A DNA stretch of 64,000 bases from an uncultured Planctomycetota bacterium. Its GTDB lineage: Bacteria > Planctomycetota > Planctomycetia > Isosphaerales > Isosphaeraceae. The position numbers and the translations under genes are program-made. Below the pieces are notes generated by a model that was not told the origin of the DNA, ran no database searches, and saw only the letters and a list, made by a program, of their open reading frames with translations. Location: assembly GCA_963737655.1 (NCBI GenBank), contig CAVTTN010000002.1:5088001-5152000 (forward strand), read 5' to 3'. This document shows positions 29,179 to 39,570 of the stretch, piece by piece; the first letter of the stretch is position 1; the number at the start of each line of letters is the position of its first letter.

Positions 29179-31637
29179 TCAATCGTTGAACTGGAACTCC
29201 CTGGCATTCATCAGGGCCCAGAGGATGTCCTCATAGGCCCGCTTCACGTCCTGCGGCGTCGTCTTCGAGGCCACGTGGGCCTCGGACGCGGCCTTCTCGG
29301 TCGGCGAGGGCAGCCGACCGAACGCGGCGAGGAACACCTCGTCGATTTTTTCCGCCGCCGGCCTCGGGTCCTTCGCCAAACGGTCGGCGCGGCCGGCGGG
29401 CCTCGCCAGCTTTTGATGCACGTCCTGCGAATTCATGAGCACGAGGCTCTGCGCCAGGCTCGCGTCGGTCAGGCGCTCGCACTCGCAGGCGGTGTCGCGT
29501 TTGGGACGGCCGAAGGCGTCGAGGAACGAGTTGCTCACGGCCTCGTCGGGCAGGTCGATCGCCCGCGTGCCTTTCGGCATCGACCGGAATTCGGACGGCG
29601 ACTCGGTCACGGCGGCCACGGCGTCCAGGAGGACCTCGGCCGGCATTCGCCGGGGGTCATGCCGGGCGAACCCCTGGCGATCGGCGGCGTTCGCCTCGTT
29701 CGGGACGCTGGAGAGGCCGTAAACCCGGCTGGTGGCGATCGTCCGGATCAGCGCCTTCAGGTCGTACCCGCCCTTCGCGAACCGATCGGCCAGGGCGTCG
29801 AGCAGTTCGGGGTCGGTCGGCGGGTTGGAGGCGCGGAGGTCGTCGATCGGCTCGTACAGCCCCCGGCCGAAGAAGTGGCTCCAGTAGCGATTCACGAGCG
29901 CCCGGGCGAAGAACGGGTTGGACGGCTCGGTCAGCCACCCGGTCAGGGCGGTCCGCGGGTCGTCGTCGGGGTCGTCGTCCGGGGCCGGCGAGCCCGGGGG
30001 CTTCGGCGCCATCACCGCGTTGGTCTTCGGGTGGCGGACGGCCCCCCCGGGCCGGAAATAGACGATTTCATCCGACCGCCCCGCCATCGTCCCGGCCGGC
30101 GAGGGCTTCTTGCCGACCCTCGCGAAGAACGCCGCGAAGCCGAAGTAATCGTCCTGGCTCCACGTCTCGAACGGGTGGTGATGGCACCGGGCGCACTGGA
30201 GCCTCATCCCCAGGAACACCTGCGCCGTCTCGTCCACGGCCGATTCGGGCGTCTTCAAATGCCGATACCAGACCACCGGAGGCGACGCCTCGGGAGGCCC
30301 CGACGCCGTCAAAATCGACCGGACGAAGCGGTCGTACGGCACATTTTCCGACAGCGACCGCTTGATCCAGTCGTGGAACCGATAGTTCCCCGGGCCGAAC
30401 TTCTCGTTGCCGTCGCGCTTCACGCGGAGGACGTCGGCCCACTTCGTTGCGAAGAACGCCGCGTACTCGGGACGCTCCAGGAGGCTGTCAATCAGCTTGA
30501 TTCGCTTGTCGGCCGAGGGGTCGGCGACGAACCGGCGGACCTCCTCGGGGGTCGGCAGCGTCCCGGTGATGTCCAGGCTGGCCCGGCGGAGGAATTCGGC
30601 GTCGGTGGAGGGCCCGAGGGCGTCAGGCCGAGCGTTTTCCATCGCTTCGACACGAGTTCATCGACGAAATTCGCCGGCTCGAACCCGGCGATCTCGGCCC
30701 CTCCGCCGTTGCGGGGGACGGTCGCCCGGTACACGGCCACCAGGCCCTGATAGCGGGCCATCACGGCCGCCGACCCGCCCGAGGCCCGCGCCTCGACCCT
30801 CCCGCCGTCGCTCACGGAGGCCAGCTCCGGCTCGTTCGATTGGAACTGGGCCCGGCGGGTCACGTCCTCGGTCGATCCGTCCCCGTAAACCGCCGAGACG
30901 AGCAGTTGCCGGCCGTCGTTCGGGGCGAGGACGTCGCCCGGCGGGTCGATCACGATCCTCGCCACCCGGGCCGCCCCCTCGACCTTGCGGGGCATCCCCG
31001 AGGCGATCCATCGCCGGAGAATCCGGTCCTCGATCGACCCTCGGACGAGCCTCCGGCCTCCTCCGTGGGGGACGTCGCCCACGGCCTTCGCCCTCAGCAG
31101 GCTTCGCTCGGGAGAGGCCGGAAACACGCGGCGCCCCCGGCCTTCCTCGACGATCGTCTGATAGTCCAACTCGGGCTCGAAACCCAGCAGGCTCAGGCGG
31201 AACCCGTTCTGGCCGCTCGCCTTGCCGTGGCACCCCCCGGCGTTGCACCCGAGCTTCGTGAACAGGGGGACGACCGATTCGGCGAAGTCGATCGGAGGGG
31301 GCGAGGCCACGTCGCGGACCGTCACCGGGACGCGGACCCTGCGATCCCCCACGCTCACCACGACCGCCGTGGTCCCCTCGCCCCGCGCCGAGACGCCCCC
31401 CAGCGCGTCGGCCTCGGCGATCGTCGGGTCCTCCGAGCGAAACGAGGCCGTCGCGGTCAGGTCTCGGCCGATCGGGTCCGCGATCGCGAGCTGCTGGACC
31501 GCCTCGGGCCCGCGGAGGCTCACCGATTCGGGCCGGGCGCGGAGCCCGTCGTCGGCCCGGAGCCGGACCTCCCCGATCGCCAGCCCTCCGATCAGGCCAA
31601 GTCCCAGGAGGAACCGGCGGCCTCGCGATCGATCCAT
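29179..31637 (-). CDS. DUF1549/DUF1553 (PSCyt2/PSD1) protein with Ig-like domains; frameshift ~30610
   Basis: GCNAGGCHGKASGQNGFRLSL, DAEFLRRASLDITG, QCARCHHHPF, VNRYWSHFFGRG, WALMNAREF. Confidence 0.9.
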
Positions 31638-31824
31638 CGCGGCCCCCTCTCGGCGGTTCGGCCGACGACCATCCTCACGCCTCGACTCTGACCGAACTCT
31701 AGCGTCCCGATCGCCGGCTCGCAACCCATTGTTCAACCAATCTTTCACAATCGGCGGCCGGCCTGATCTTGAAATGATGTGCATATTTTCCAAGACTGGA
31801 CGGCCGAAAACGTGATCACAATTC

Positions 31825-31881
31825 GTAGGGCAGGCCTCGGCCTGCCGAACCCCGAAGACGGCAGGCCGAGGCCTGCCCTAC
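31825..31881. repeat. GTAG-type REP doublet, family C copy 1
   Basis: GTAGGGCAGGCCTCGGCCTGCCG...CGGCAGGCCGAGGCCTGCCCTAC. Confidence 0.85.
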
Positions 31882-32400
31882 GAGAAACTCGCGGGCGGTG
31901 TGGGTCGATCCCGGGCCGGAATTCTTACGCATATTGACACGATGTCATTTTCAATATTTGGAAGCATCAAAGGTCGGCAACCTTGCCTCGCCGGGAAGTT
32001 GACTACACATTTTGTCGAAAAATCGCGAAAAGGGCGGAAATCAGGCCGGATTCGCGTGCGCATCGACTCGTGCGCACGGAGATCGCCTCATGTCGGCATC
32101 CTTGATCGCAAGAATCGCAAATCCCGTATCAAGCCTGGGATGCGTCGAGCCGCCGCGAGGCCCGCCCGGCCCGGAATGCGCCACAAATCGCGGACCTTGC
32201 GCGGGGCCGAGGTTCATCCACGCGTTCTCAACCGATCGCGTCTTCTCATGATGGATCGGTCGATGAAAGGGCCGCGGCCGACGGATTGGGTGATCGCCGC
32301 GGGCGGCGCTCGCGATGATCCGGGATGGGCGTTGGCCGCGCCTCCGGGATTTCCGGTGGGGGCAGGGGCGGGCCGCCGCTCTCGGGGGACGGGGATGCCT

Positions 32401-33327
32401 TTACAGTTTCTTCGCGAACTTCTGGAGCTCGCGGTCCATCGCGTCGGGCGGGCCGAAGGCGGCCGTCCAGTCGTCGAGCCGCTTGTCGGGGGTCGTCCGG
32501 GTTCGGAGGACCTTGAGGTAATCGCGGAGCTTCGCGGTGCGGTCGGGGGCCTTCATCAGGTAGTAGACCGTCAGCCAGGAGGAGGCGTAGGCGTCCTGGT
32601 TCCGGTCGTCGTCGAACGCGCCGTCCTCGACGATCAGGGTGGCGGTTGGGAGGAGTTTGGGTTTGGTCCGGCCCCCCGCCAGGATCACGTCTTTCCTCAG
32701 CGTGTTGACGGCCCCGATCATCGTCCGGCCCTTCGGGCGGCGGACCTCGGCATACGTCGCGAGCCCTTCGCCCAGCCATTTGGGGACGTCCGCCTCGCGG
32801 CTCATCAAGCCGGAGTTGAACGTGAGTTGATGCGCGGCCTCGTGGAACAGGACGAACGTGTTGGTGACCTCGGCCAGCGCGTTCTGGCCGTCCCCTCGGT
32901 TGTCGAACAGGAGGAGCCGGTTCGATTCGAGGTCGTACATCCCGGCCACGTCGCCCTCGACCTCCTCGCCCAGGAACGCCGAGAACGCCTCCCTGGTCGA
33001 GAGCGCCACGATCGTCATCCGGCCCCTGGGTTTCTCCAGGGCGAACCCCTTGGCCGCAAAGTGTTTGAAGAAATCCTTCGAGAGGCCGAGGCAGAGGTCC
33101 AAAGCGGCCGTGAGGAAGCCGTCGGGCACGTCGCCCAGGGCCAGGTACGACTCGTTCCGGGCGAGCCGGAACGGCTTCAAGCCGGCCTTGGTGGCGACCT
33201 CGTGGATCGCCCGCATCTCGGCCATGTCGTCGTCGTCTTCGGACCCCCGGGCGATCGGGGCGAGCAGGCCGGCGGCCAGGCCGGCGCGGAGGAGGTCTCG
33301 ACGGCTCGGCAGGTGTCGATTCGGCAT
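32401..33327 (-). CDS. DUF1570 domain protein (HExxH metallopeptidase-like), Tat-type leader
   Basis: SRRDLLRAG leader; FHEAAHQLTFNSG; PKWLGEGLATYAE; AYASSW. Confidence 0.85.
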   Translation of the reverse strand: MPNRHLPSRRDLLRAGLAAGLLAPIARGSEDDDDMAEMRAIHEVATKAGLKPFRLARNESYLALGDVPDGFLTAALDLCLGLSKDFFKHFAAKGFALEKPRGRMTIVALSTREAFSAFLGEEVEGDVAGMYDLESNRLLLFDNRGDGQNALAEVTNTFVLFHEAAHQLTFNSGLMSREADVPKWLGEGLATYAEVRRPKGRTMIGAVNTLRKDVILAGGRTKPKLLPTATLIVEDGAFDDDRNQDAYASSWLTVYYLMKAPDRTAKLRDYLKVLRTRTTPDKRLDDWTAAFGPPDAMDRELQKFAKKL

Positions 33328-33347
33328 GGTCGATCCGCCTTTCTCGT

Positions 33348-33578
33348 TCACGAATCCGGCCCGGAGGGCGACCGAAGCCGCCGGATCACGGCGAACGGCC
33401 CGGTCCCGAGGAGGACCATCAGCACAAACCCGACGAGCGAGGTCCAGAGCACCAGGTTCAGGACGTCCAGGACGGCCATGACCCACCAATCGCCCTCGAA
33501 ACGCCGCGCCACGGCGAAGACCAGGGCCGCCAGGACGACCAGGCGCATCCATCGAGCGATCGTGAACCGTCGAGCCAT
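33348..33578 (-). CDS. Small membrane protein
   Basis: MARRFTIARWMRLVVLAALVFAV..., two hydrophobic segments. Confidence 0.55.
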   Translation of the reverse strand: MARRFTIARWMRLVVLAALVFAVARRFEGDWWVMAVLDVLNLVLWTSLVGFVLMVLLGTGPFAVIRRLRSPSGPDS

Positions 33579-33640
33579 CGGCCGATCCTCCCCAAGGTCA
33601 GGATACCCGATCCGCCCGGCCCATGCGCCCCGCAGGATCA

Positions 33641-33815
33641 GCGAAGCCCACCGTTGTGTAGGGCGGGTGAAACCCGCCAACCGGCGGCGGCCCTCGGCCG
33701 CCCTCCAAGATTCCGTGCCCGATCGAGAAGGAAGAGCCTATGGATTGACGGGTTGCACCCGCCTGGTTGGCGGGTTTCACCCGCCCTACACAACGGTGGG
33801 CTTCGCCCACCCTAC
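33641..33815. repeat. Nested GTAG REP/REPIN, family D
   Basis: GCGAAGCCCACCGTTGTGTAGGGCGGGTGAAACCCGCCAACC ... GGTTGGCGGGTTTCACCCGCCCTACACAACGGTGGGCTTCGCCCACCCTAC. Confidence 0.85.
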
Positions 33816-33835
33816 GGGGAAACCGGGCGGCCACG

Positions 33836-33864
33836 TTGACCCGCCCAACCCCCCCGGCTAGATT
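33836..33864 (+). promoter_or_regulatory. Putative sigma70 promoter of ROK kinase
   Basis: TTGACC-N17-TAGATT. Confidence 0.5.
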
Positions 33865-33913
33865 GACCGGGCGTTCGGCGAGGTCGCGTCTCTCCTTCCA
33901 GGAATCAGCCGAG

Positions 33914-34891
33914 ATGGGCGACCAGGCGAGAAGACCGCCGTATTTCCTCGGGATCGACCTCGGGGGGACGAACATCAAGGCCGGGGTGGTGGACGACGAC
34001 GGCCAGCCGGTTTCCTCCGTGAGCGTCCCGACGCGGGCCGACCTCGGGCCCGAGACCGGGATCGCCAACCTCGCCGAGGCCGCGAAACAGGCCGTCTCGG
34101 AGAGCGGGATCGACTGGCACGAGATCGAGGCCGTGGGCCTGGGCTCGCCCGGGACGATGGACATCCAGGCCGGCTTGCTCCTGAACCCCCCAAACCTCCC
34201 CGGCTGGGACGATTTCCCGATCCGCGACCGCCTCGCCCGCGCCCTGGGCCGTCCGGTGGCGTTCCAGAACGACGCCAACGCCGCCGCCTTCGGCGAATAC
34301 TGGGCCGGGGCCGGTCGGGGGACGCGGAGCCTCGTTCTGTTCACCCTGGGGACCGGGATCGGCTGCGGGATCGTGGTGGACGGCCGGATCATCGAGGGCC
34401 GCCACAGCCACGGGGGCGAGTGCGGCCACATCATCATCCAGATGGAAGGCGGACGCGAGCACCCTCCCGGCTACTTCGGCCGGCTGGAAGCCTATGCCTC
34501 GGCCACCGCCCTGGTCAAACGCGCCGAGGAAGCGCTCCAGAGGGGCGAAAACTCCTCGCTCTCGCCCGAGAAGCTCACGGCCCGGGCCATCGACCAGGCC
34601 GCCGAGGCCGGCGACCCGCTGGCCGTCCGGCTGATGGCCGAAACCGCGAAGTACCTTGCGGTTGGGGCGACGTGCTTGATGCACACGATCGACCCGGACC
34701 TCGTCCTCTTCAGCGGGGGGATGATCGCCGCCGGGGAGCCGTTCCTGGAGGCGATCCGCACGGAGGTCAAGAGGATCGCCTTCCCGGTCCCGGCCGCGAA
34801 GACCAGGATCGAATACGCCGGCCTCGGCGACGCCGCCGGATTCATCGGCGCCGCCGGATGGGCCAGGACCGTCGGCACCCTCCGGGGCTGA
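33914..34891 (+). CDS. ROK family sugar kinase (glucokinase-like)
   Basis: LGIDLGGTNIK, GLGSPG, NDANAAAFGE, TLGTGIGCG, GGECGH. Confidence 0.9.
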   Translation: MGDQARRPPYFLGIDLGGTNIKAGVVDDDGQPVSSVSVPTRADLGPETGIANLAEAAKQAVSESGIDWHEIEAVGLGSPGTMDIQAGLLLNPPNLPGWDDFPIRDRLARALGRPVAFQNDANAAAFGEYWAGAGRGTRSLVLFTLGTGIGCGIVVDGRIIEGRHSHGGECGHIIIQMEGGREHPPGYFGRLEAYASATALVKRAEEALQRGENSSLSPEKLTARAIDQAAEAGDPLAVRLMAETAKYLAVGATCLMHTIDPDLVLFSGGMIAAGEPFLEAIRTEVKRIAFPVPAAKTRIEYAGLGDAAGFIGAAGWARTVGTLRG

Positions 34892-34940
34892 TCCGGGGCC
34901 GGAGATGGGCTTTTCGACGGGGTGAGGCGGTTGACTCTTC

Positions 34941-34993
34941 GTAGGGCAGGCCTTGGCCTGCCGTCGGTCTCGGCAGGCCAAGGCCTGCCCTAC
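34941..34993. repeat. GTAG-type REP doublet, family C copy 2
   Basis: GTAGGGCAGGCCTTGGCCTGCCG...CGGCAGGCCAAGGCCTGCCCTAC between convergent genes. Confidence 0.85.
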
Positions 34994-35084
34994 GAGGGGC
35001 CCAAAGGACAGTTCGGAAGTCAACCGCCACACCCGATCGAAAATCGCACTCGTCCCATTTGGTCCGGGTTTCGGAAGGACGAGG

Positions 35085-35972
35085 TCAGCCCGGGAGCTCC
35101 TCGCGGAGGATCGCGCGGAGGTACTGACCATAATCGTTCTTGAGCGAGCCGGCGAGCCCTTCCAGGGCGGAGGCGTCGATGAAGCCCATCCGGTAGGCCA
35201 CTTCCTCGATGCAGGCGATTTTGAGGCCCTGCCGGGACTCGATCGTCTCGACGTAATTGGAGGCCTGCATCAGGCTTTCGGGCGTCCCGGTGTCGAGCCA
35301 GGCGAACCCTCGGGAGAACTTCTCGACGCGGAGCTCGCCCATTTCGAGGTATTTGCGGTTCACGTCGGTGATCTCCAGCTCCCCGCGAGGCGAGGGCTTG
35401 AGGTTCGCCGCGATGTCCACCACGCGGTTGTCGTAGAAGTACAAGCCCGTGACGGCCCAGTGGGAACGGGGCTTCGCGGGTTTCTCCTCGATCGAGAGGG
35501 CCTTGCCCGAGGCGTCGAACTCGACCACGCCGTATCGCTCGGGGTCCTTCACCGGGTAGGCGAACACCGTGGCGCCGGGCCCGGCCGAGGCGGCCCGGCC
35601 GAGCATGTGGTGGAACCCCTGGCCGTAGAAGATGTTATCGCCGAGGATCAACGCGGCCGGGTCGCTTCCGACGAACTCGGCGCCGATGATGAACGCCTGC
35701 GCCAGCCCCTCGGGCTTCGGCTGGACGGCGTACTGGATGTTCATCCCCACGTGCGAGCCGTCGCCCAGGACGCGCTCGAACCCGCCGATGTCGTGGGGCG
35801 TGGAGATCAGCAAGACCTCACGGATGCCGGCGAGCATCAGGGAGGAGAGCGGGTAATAGATCATCGGCTTGTCGTAGATCGGCAGCAATTGCTTGCTGAT
35901 CGCCCGGGTGATGGGGTAGAGCCTCGTCCCCGAGCCCCCGGCCAGGATGATGCCCTTGGTGCATGTCGCCAT
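35085..35972 (-). CDS. rfbA: Glucose-1-phosphate thymidylyltransferase
   Basis: [48 protein letters not shown]. Confidence 0.97.
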   Translation of the reverse strand: MATCTKGIILAGGSGTRLYPITRAISKQLLPIYDKPMIYYPLSSLMLAGIREVLLISTPHDIGGFERVLGDGSHVGMNIQYAVQPKPEGLAQAFIIGAEFVGSDPAALILGDNIFYGQGFHHMLGRAASAGPGATVFAYPVKDPERYGVVEFDASGKALSIEEKPAKPRSHWAVTGLYFYDNRVVDIAANLKPSPRGELEITDVNRKYLEMGELRVEKFSRGFAWLDTGTPESLMQASNYVETIESRQGLKIACIEEVAYRMGFIDASALEGLAGSLKNDYGQYLRAILREELPG

Positions 35973-35975
35973 CGC

Positions 35976-37051
35976 TCACGTCCTCCCTGATGAGGCGCCC
36001 AGCCCCAGCCGTTCCCGACGATACGGGCCGAGGTCACGGCCTCGACCCATCCCGGGTTGTCCAGATACCAGCGGACCGTCTCTCGAAGCCCTTCGGCAAA
36101 CTTGACTTGCGGAGACCAGCCCAACTCCCGTTCGATCTTCGAGACGTCCATCGCGTACCGGCGGTCATGGCCGGGCCGGTCGGTCACGAATCGGATCAGG
36201 TTCGAGCAGGGGCGATGAGGGAGGTCCGCGCAAAAGTCGTCCACGGCCTCGCAGATTGCCCGGACGACCTCAAGGTTCGTCCTTTCCGCTTTCCCGCCGA
36301 TGTTGAACGATTCCCCGGGCCGTCCTCGCTTGAGGACGGCGAGGATCGCGTCGATGTGGTCCTCGACGTGGAGCCAGTCGCGGACCTGCGTGCCGTCCCC
36401 GTAAACCGGCAGGTCGCGACCCTCCAGGGCGTTGAGCGTGACCAGGGGGATGAGCTTCTCGGGGAACTGGAACGGGCCGTAGTTGTTCGAGCAGTTCGTC
36501 AGGAGGGTTGGCAGCCCATACGTGTGATGATACGCCTTGACGAACAGGTCGGCCGCCGCCTTGGAGGCCGAGTAGGGGGAGCGCGGGTCCAGCGGGGTCG
36601 TCTCGGAGAACGCCCCCTCGGGCCCGAGCGAGCCGAAGACCTCGTCGGTCGAGACCTGGAGGAACCGAAAACGTTCCCGGGCCGGGGGTTCGAGCGCATT
36701 CCAGTATTGGCGAGACGCTTCGAGCAAGGTGAAGGCGCCGACGACGTTGGTTCGGAGGAACGCCTCGGGGCCGTCGATCGAACGATCGACGTGGGTCTCG
36801 GCGGCGAAGTTCAGGACCGCCTCGGGCCGGTGCTCGGCCAGGAGACTGGAGACGAGGGCCTGGTCGGCGATGTCGCCCCGGACGAAGACATGGTGGGGGT
36901 CGTCGCGGACGGAATCCAGAGAGGCGAGGCAACCGGCGTAGGTCAGGCGATCGAGGTTGACGACGCGGAATGTGCGGTCGGCGATCGCTCGGCGGACGAA
37001 CGCCCCGCCGATGAATCCGGCCCCTCCGGTCACCAGGATCGTCGGGCGCAT
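35976..37051 (-). CDS. rfbB: dTDP-glucose 4,6-dehydratase; 3' frameshift ~36027
   Basis: ILVTGGAGFIG, FAAETHVDRSI, VSTDEVFG, YSASKA, DRPGHDRRYA; corrected tail YRRERLGLG. Confidence 0.95.
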
Positions 37052-37142
37052 CCGGGGTCTCGCCTTCGGTCCGTCGTCGTCGGGGAACGGCCGCCTCGGC
37101 CATCCCGGCGCAAGGTCAGGCGGCGGAGGGCGGTCGGGCGTC

Positions 37143-37171
37143 ATTATGCCCGTGAACCCGGGGGGCCGCAA
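37143..37171 (-). promoter_or_regulatory. Putative sigma70 promoter of rfbB
   Basis: TTGCGG-N17-CATAAT on the minus strand. Confidence 0.45.
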
Positions 37172-37378
37172 GCCGAGGGATCGGGGCCGATCCGGCCGGG
37201 GACGGCCCCCGGGGCCGGTTCCCGGGGCGTCTCTGAAATTTTTTCAGGAAGACGGCCGGGGCGGGTGTCCCGTTGCGTTTGAAACGCGCCCGCGAGGCGC
37301 GCCGGAGGGGGTTGCGGCACCCGCGGAGCCGTCCTTTCCGTCGCCGATCCGGCTGCCCTCTGGAACTCGGGAACTCTC

Positions 37379-39448
37379 ATGGCGGAAGAAACCATCGATC
37401 CGGGCCTTCTCGAACAGACGAAGAACCAGATCCGCAAGCTGGTGGCCGAGATCGCCGAGCTCGCCGAGTCGGACATCCAGCCGGCGGAGTTCCACGTCGA
37501 GTTCCTCAACCGCGTGGTCGCCGCCGTGGCGGCGTCCGGCGGGGCCCTCTGGCTGCTCGACGGCCGGGGGACGCTCAAGCTCCAGCACCAGCTGGAGTTC
37601 CGCCAAACCGGCCTGCTCGACAACCGCCAGCGGGCCCAGCCCCACGACGCCCTGCTCGGCGTGATGCTCCAGGCCAGCCAGCCCCAGATCATCCCGCCCG
37701 GGGCGGCCGTCGAGGGGATGCCCAACGCCGGCAACCCCACGGCGTTCAGCCTGATCCTGTCCCCCCTGATGGTGGACAAGCAGGTCGTCGGCCTGGTCGA
37801 GATCCTGATGGACCCGACCCGCCGGGCCGCCACCCAGAAATCGACCTTGCGGTTCGTCAGCGACCTCTGCGACCTGGCCGCGCAGTACCTCAAGAACCGC
37901 CAGATGCGGCAGATGATGTCGCAGCAGAAGCTGTGGAACCAGCTCGAAGGCTTCACCCACTCGATCCACCACTCGCTGGACCTCCGCGAGACCGCCTACG
38001 CCGTGGCCAACGACGGCAAGAAGCTCGTCGGCTGCGACCGGCTCTCCGTGGCGCTGAAGATCGGCGGCCGGATGATCGTCGAGGCCGTCTCGGGCCAGGA
38101 GATCGTCGAGCAGAAGGCCAACCTGATCCGCGAGCTGACCCGGCTGTGCAAGGTCGTGGCCCAGTCGGGCGAGGACCTCGTCTACACCGGGACGACCGAG
38201 GGCTTCCCCCCCGAAATCCGGGACGCCCTGGAGGTTTACGTCGATGAGTCCGGCTCCAAGGCGGTGATCGTCACGATCCTGCACAAGCCCGAGACCGACC
38301 CGAACAAGGATAAAGACGTGTTCGGGTGCATCGTGGCCGAGCAGATCGGCGACGAGATGGCCCCGACCGACGCCCAGGCCCGCACCGAGGTCATCGCCAA
38401 GCACGCCTCGACGGCCCTCTGGAACGCCCGGGAGACCGACCGGGTCTTCGGGCTCAGCATCCTGAAGGCGATCGGCTCGCCGTGGAGGTTCTTCCGCGGT
38501 CGGACCCTGGCGAAGATCGCCGCGGTGCTCGGCCTGATCCTCCTGGTCATCGGGATCATGGCGTTCGTCCCCTGGCCGCTGACGATCGAGGGCAAGGGGT
38601 CGCTCTTGCCCGAGGACCGGCGGATCACGTATGCCCCCCTCCAGGGCAAGGTCATCGCCGTCCCGTTCGACCACGGGGACTTCGTGAAGCAGGGCGACGT
38701 CATCGCCCGGCTGGAGAACAAGCAGCTCGAGACCGAGCTGTACAAGCTCAAGGGCGACCTGATGGACGCCCGGAGCAAGCTGTCGAACGTCAACACCATG
38801 CTCCGAAAGAACACCAAGCCCGACGAGAGGCCCCAACTTGAAGGCGAGAGGGCCCAGGCCGAGGTGAAGATCCAGAGCACCCAGGCGCAGATCGAGACGA
38901 TCGAAGAGCAGCAGAGGATGCTGGAGATCAAGGCGCCGGTCTCGGGGATCATCACGACCTGGGAGACGAAGAAGAACCTCCTGAATCGGCCGGTGGAGGT
39001 CGGGCAGGAGCTGCTGTCGGTCGCCGCCCTGGATGGCGAATGGGTCCTGGAAGTGGACGTCCCCGACGACGACATGGCGCCGATCCTCGCGGCCCGGGCG
39101 AAGCTGGAAGGCGAGATCAAGAGCAAGGAAGCCCCGCCCGACGCCAAGCTGCCGGCCTACTTCGTCACGATGACCAACCCCGAGCACCGCTACGAGGGGT
39201 ACGTCCGGCGGGTCGCCTCGAAGGCCGAGACCGTCGAGGGCAAGCACGTCGTCAAGGTGACCGTCGGGTTCAACGAGGACGTGAAGCAGGACTACCTGAA
39301 GCGGAACAACATCAAGACGCTCAGGCCCGGGGCCGAGGTCCGGGCGCGGGTCAAGTGCGGCGAGGCGAAGCTCGCCTACGTGATGCTCCGCGACGTGATC
39401 CAGGTCTGGTACGAGACGGTCCTGTTCCGCTGGCCGTTCCTGAGGTGA
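37379..39448 (+). CDS. GAF-like domains + TM + HlyD/membrane-fusion (biotinyl-lipoyl, coiled coil) protein
   Basis: N-terminal GAF-like regions (SPLMVDKQVVGLVEIL; GCDRLSVAL), TM, YAPLQGKVIAV..DHGDFVKQGDVIARL, IKAPVSGII, LRPGAEVRARV. Confidence 0.8.
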   Translation: MAEETIDPGLLEQTKNQIRKLVAEIAELAESDIQPAEFHVEFLNRVVAAVAASGGALWLLDGRGTLKLQHQLEFRQTGLLDNRQRAQPHDALLGVMLQASQPQIIPPGAAVEGMPNAGNPTAFSLILSPLMVDKQVVGLVEILMDPTRRAATQKSTLRFVSDLCDLAAQYLKNRQMRQMMSQQKLWNQLEGFTHSIHHSLDLRETAYAVANDGKKLVGCDRLSVALKIGGRMIVEAVSGQEIVEQKANLIRELTRLCKVVAQSGEDLVYTGTTEGFPPEIRDALEVYVDESGSKAVIVTILHKPETDPNKDKDVFGCIVAEQIGDEMAPTDAQARTEVIAKHASTALWNARETDRVFGLSILKAIGSPWRFFRGRTLAKIAAVLGLILLVIGIMAFVPWPLTIEGKGSLLPEDRRITYAPLQGKVIAVPFDHGDFVKQGDVIARLENKQLETELYKLKGDLMDARSKLSNVNTMLRKNTKPDERPQLEGERAQAEVKIQSTQAQIETIEEQQRMLEIKAPVSGIITTWETKKNLLNRPVEVGQELLSVAALDGEWVLEVDVPDDDMAPILAARAKLEGEIKSKEAPPDAKLPAYFVTMTNPEHRYEGYVRRVASKAETVEGKHVVKVTVGFNEDVKQDYLKRNNIKTLRPGAEVRARVKCGEAKLAYVMLRDVIQVWYETVLFRWPFLR

Positions 39449-39520
39449 GGTCAGGTCAGGTCAGGTCGGGCCGGCTCGGCTCGGTGAAAGTTCGGTGGGC
39501 GGGCCTGGCCCGCCGCGGTC

Positions 39521-39542
39521 TGGTGCATTCCATGCACCCTAC
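39521..39542 (-). repeat. Single REP, family B
   Basis: TGGTGCATTCCATGCACCCTAC. Confidence 0.75.
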
Positions 39543-39570
39543 AGGTGACCCGCTCCCCGGAGAGACTCAT

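Noticed and set aside
39442..39470. Short pentamer runs (GGTCA)n; also (TCTCA)n at 9219-9239 and (CGAA)n at 20157-20172
   Set aside because: Only 3-5 units; too short to support a function
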